Of a DNA stretch of 64,000 bases, positions 61,501-64,000 are shown piece after piece (position 1 is the first letter of the stretch; each line of letters begins with the position of its first letter). Made by a program: the position numbers and the translations under genes. Under the pieces are notes generated by a model. The model saw only the letters and a program-made list of their open reading frames with translations, had not been told where the DNA came from and ran no database searches. This DNA comes from Hyphochytrium catenoides (Eukaryota > Protista > Hyphochytriomycota), in assembly GCA_900088475.1 (NCBI GenBank), contig FLMG01004723.1:1-64000 (forward strand), read 5' to 3'.

Positions 61501-64000
61501 AACATGCTGCCAAATTTCAGCTGAAATGTCCCCCATATCGGATGTAGCCCTTGGACGACCGGAATCTGTCCCGAATTGTCCTCCACTTCGAAAATTTGAA
61601 CCCCAACTATGGATTTGTAGGCAATCGGGGGCAGGTCCCCAAGGGCATCCTCAAAGCGAATTACAACTCTTAGAGGGTTAGAACTTGCACAGATTACTTG
61701 TGAATGGTCGGAGGGCTGAATGACAGTGACGGGCGTTATCTCCGAAAACACTGATTGGAACCGAGCGATCGAGTCCGTCGCTTCCAGAGTCCGACTTACA
61801 CCTCGGAAACTGACGCTGAAGCGTCCCGAACTGCCCGTGCACTTCAAGCTTTGGATTTCAGGGCGGAAGGAAGAAGCGGCATGAGCAACTCTTCCCTGAA
61901 CTATCGTTTGTACATCATAGAGACGCTGGTCTCGACCTTGCAGCGTGAAGTTTGACAAAACTCCTGCTCTGGCCTGTTCTAGACCAAGGCCGTAGGCTAT
62001 TGAGCTTGCAGCGTCAGGAGGTCCCGGGCGAACATTTATCAAAAAGGGACTGCCTATTACATCTAAACCATCGCTGCTCCTGACACTAAGGGAATAGGAA
62101 CCAGATACGAAAAGCGTGTAACCAATGTCATATACTCCAGACTGTGCAGGTGCTTTCACAGTCAATAGTCCCGCTAAGTTGTTCGACATCTCGACAATCT
62201 CCAAAGGCTTAGCACGCCATGCGTCATAGTCATGGATCCAAGTTATGACCCATTCGACCTTTGTGAGCTTGACACTCTTGGTCACCAGGACAGTGCTCAA
62301 ACCGTCCGAAAGCGAATCCAAGACAACCTTCAATCCGTACCTGGAAATTGAAGGGGAGATTTCGACGGTAGTCATGTCACCATATGAGAGCTTAAAAAAG
62401 CCCTTAGTCACCGTTTTATCCTCAAGGGTTAGCGTTTGAACTGCCGATGACGATAGAAAGCGCCCTGCTTTAGAAGAGAACAGCTCCGCGATAAAGACAT
62501 CTGGCTGCCCTGGGCTAGTCCTCAAGTTTGAGAACTGATCTAAGGCTGATACTCTAAAGAAGCTCTCAACTCCTGAAACAGTTATCGAAAGGCCAGCATC
62601 AGGCGGTACACCGCCGTCAGACACAGTTGAGCTCTGAGGATGGAGATCTCCGTGATGGACTATTAACCCGCCGTACCCTACTTGCTGAGAGCCACAGTTG
62701 TTGATACCGGTGGGGCAAACTTTGATCGGGACACCATCCACTGCTACTTCAACGTCATAAGTACCAGCAATAGTGATGGTGTAACGAATCACATAACTTC
62801 CATCACCGCTGTCGCTGACCTGACCATAGAAGGAAATATGCGAGTCACTCTGTTTTCTAAAGCTGGCAGTAAAATGTGAGCCTCCCCTGTCTAGGTAATT
62901 CCCAAAGCTATCGACAGCTTGGATAGAGAAGACCCCTACCTCCCCTGCCACAGCTGCCAGTAGGCCATTGGGTGAAGGAGACGACAGCGGAGCCGCGTAC
63001 GAAGTAAGGTGTGAAGCTTGAGCCGGGTGGACCTTAAGGTCAAAAGGACTGCACCTTTGCTTCTCGCCCTTTCCGCAATAAATGTCAGTGTCGGCAGACC
63101 TTATGTAGAGCTTGTAGAATCCGCTCTCGTAGACGTTGTAAGTCACTCGGTACTGGCCCGCACCCAGATAGGTAGGAACCATATCGGGCGCCACCTTTCC
63201 AACGGATGACTCGATGTATACCGAAAAGATGTCTCCGCTAGTAGTCTTATTATTTCCGAATTTGTCCTTAGCCTGGATGGTAAATGAAGCTTTTTCCCCT
63301 GCTATGGCCTCATTCAAACCGCTACCGAAAGCGGTTGTATACGGAAAGTCTGCTGAACCAGGCAATATACTGACAGCTGCTGGACTTCCCACAACGTGCA
63401 TGGGATAGTAGAGATAACGGGTCGGTATAATCTGCCTAAGCAGGCTAGGGCTACTCCAGTATAGTTGGCATGCCGCCGGCCCTTGACTGTGAATGTACTC
63501 GATGGCCACATCATGAAAGTTGCCACTTTGCAAGGAAGCTGTAACTCTTAGTTCCCTGAAATCTGGAGTTCCCATGGGTCCCAGTAAGTCATTATCAGCA
63601 TCTAAAAGTAGGTTGTGATCAATCCACAGTCGTACAGCTCCATCCGTGAGGACGTAAAGGGTATAGGTCTCAGTGGTGGGTGCCAATAGTTTGCCATCCC
63701 ATCGTACACTAACAAAGTCTCCAGCATCAGGCGTGAGAAGACCATTCCCCCATTGGAAGTCAATCGATGGGTCCACTCTTTCTTCCACCGGATCCCCTGT
63801 GAACCACTGGTTGTTGAACAAGGTAGCGGTGAGCCCACCCTCCAACAGCTGCCGTGTTACAAGCAAATATTCTCCTGGAACTTTGGGTTTGTAGCTTCCT
63901 CTATAATAGGGCAAACCAAGTACCTCTTTTCTCACATCAAGCGATATCGGCCCCTGAGAAGTTATCGCATTCTGAGAACCATCGACCACCTTGATGACCC
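19822..64000 (-). CDS. Giant modular protein (>=14,629 aa, 5'-partial) with filamin-type Ig repeats, 3 PA14, ~32 FN3 and nested unnamed repeats; complement(join(19822..25607,25668..26046,26134..35206,35347..>64000))
   Basis: The 9548-, 3033-, 121- and 1905-aa ORFs join through three canonical introns: AG|gtaagg 35346..35207 cag|G (phase 2), CTG|gtaagt 26133..26047 cag|ATT (phase 0), and G|gtaagg 25667..25608 tag|GT (phase 1). The joins restore split motifs (PYR-ITIAGL..YFARVTAFN; GPDARG-GFTWVITF). The frame is open to the window edge. Confidence 0.92.
55540..64000 (-). other. Filamin-repeat/PA14 region of the giant protein
   Basis: Filamin/ABP280-type motifs include TTAFGSGLNEAIAGEKASFTIQAKDKFGN, DSGDGSYVIRYT, TAYGRGLYQGEAGQVSTFTIQAKDGGGN and GSPF.I.V. 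PA14 domains lie at about 63405-63840, 59545-60042 and 55580-56022. Confidence 0.8.

Noticed and set aside
19905-63894. Many 60-140-aa ORFs antisense to, or out of frame with, the giant gene
   Set aside because: These are shadow ORFs expected opposite a long coding strand, with no recognisable motifs.
35343-63989. Treating the 9548-, 3033-, 121- and 1905-aa ORFs as separate genes, as stop-codon readthrough, or as a frameshifted pseudogene
   Set aside because: Each break has a canonical GTAAG donor just before the stop and a phase-matched pyrimidine-rich AG acceptor. The listed starts at 63989, 35223 and 25539 are GTG/TTG and mid-domain, and the frame is open past 63989.

Overview
Eukaryotic nuclear DNA that is gene-dense, about 50% GC, with GT-AG introns mostly 55-370 nt long. 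The gene content suggests a flagellated protist, probably a stramenopile (inference). Seven genes could be spliced together by hand: a TPR-like protein (+), an Fcf2-domain pre-rRNA processing factor (-), CCDC96/CFAP184 (+), a ~2,030-aa OSCA/CSC1-like membrane protein with N-terminal A20-ZnF/IQ/WW-like/EF-hand motifs (-), PRMT1 (+), a 4xLysM protein (+), and a giant gene (-) that fills 19822-64000 and runs off the window edge. The giant gene gives at least 14,629 aa from four exons. Its backbone is filamin repeats plus PA14 domains, then about 32 FN3 domains. Two repeat modules I cannot name are inserted throughout: a ~100-aa 'EVQ...G.F.L...W..F' module and a small beta-rich module. The standout observation is recursive nesting. 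At 32677-33021, nine consecutive first strands of the EVQ module are followed by exactly nine strand-less module bodies, all inside one split FN3 domain. This implies a Russian-doll, out-and-back rod and a branched giant polypeptide. All domain calls come from reading motifs by eye; no searches were run.
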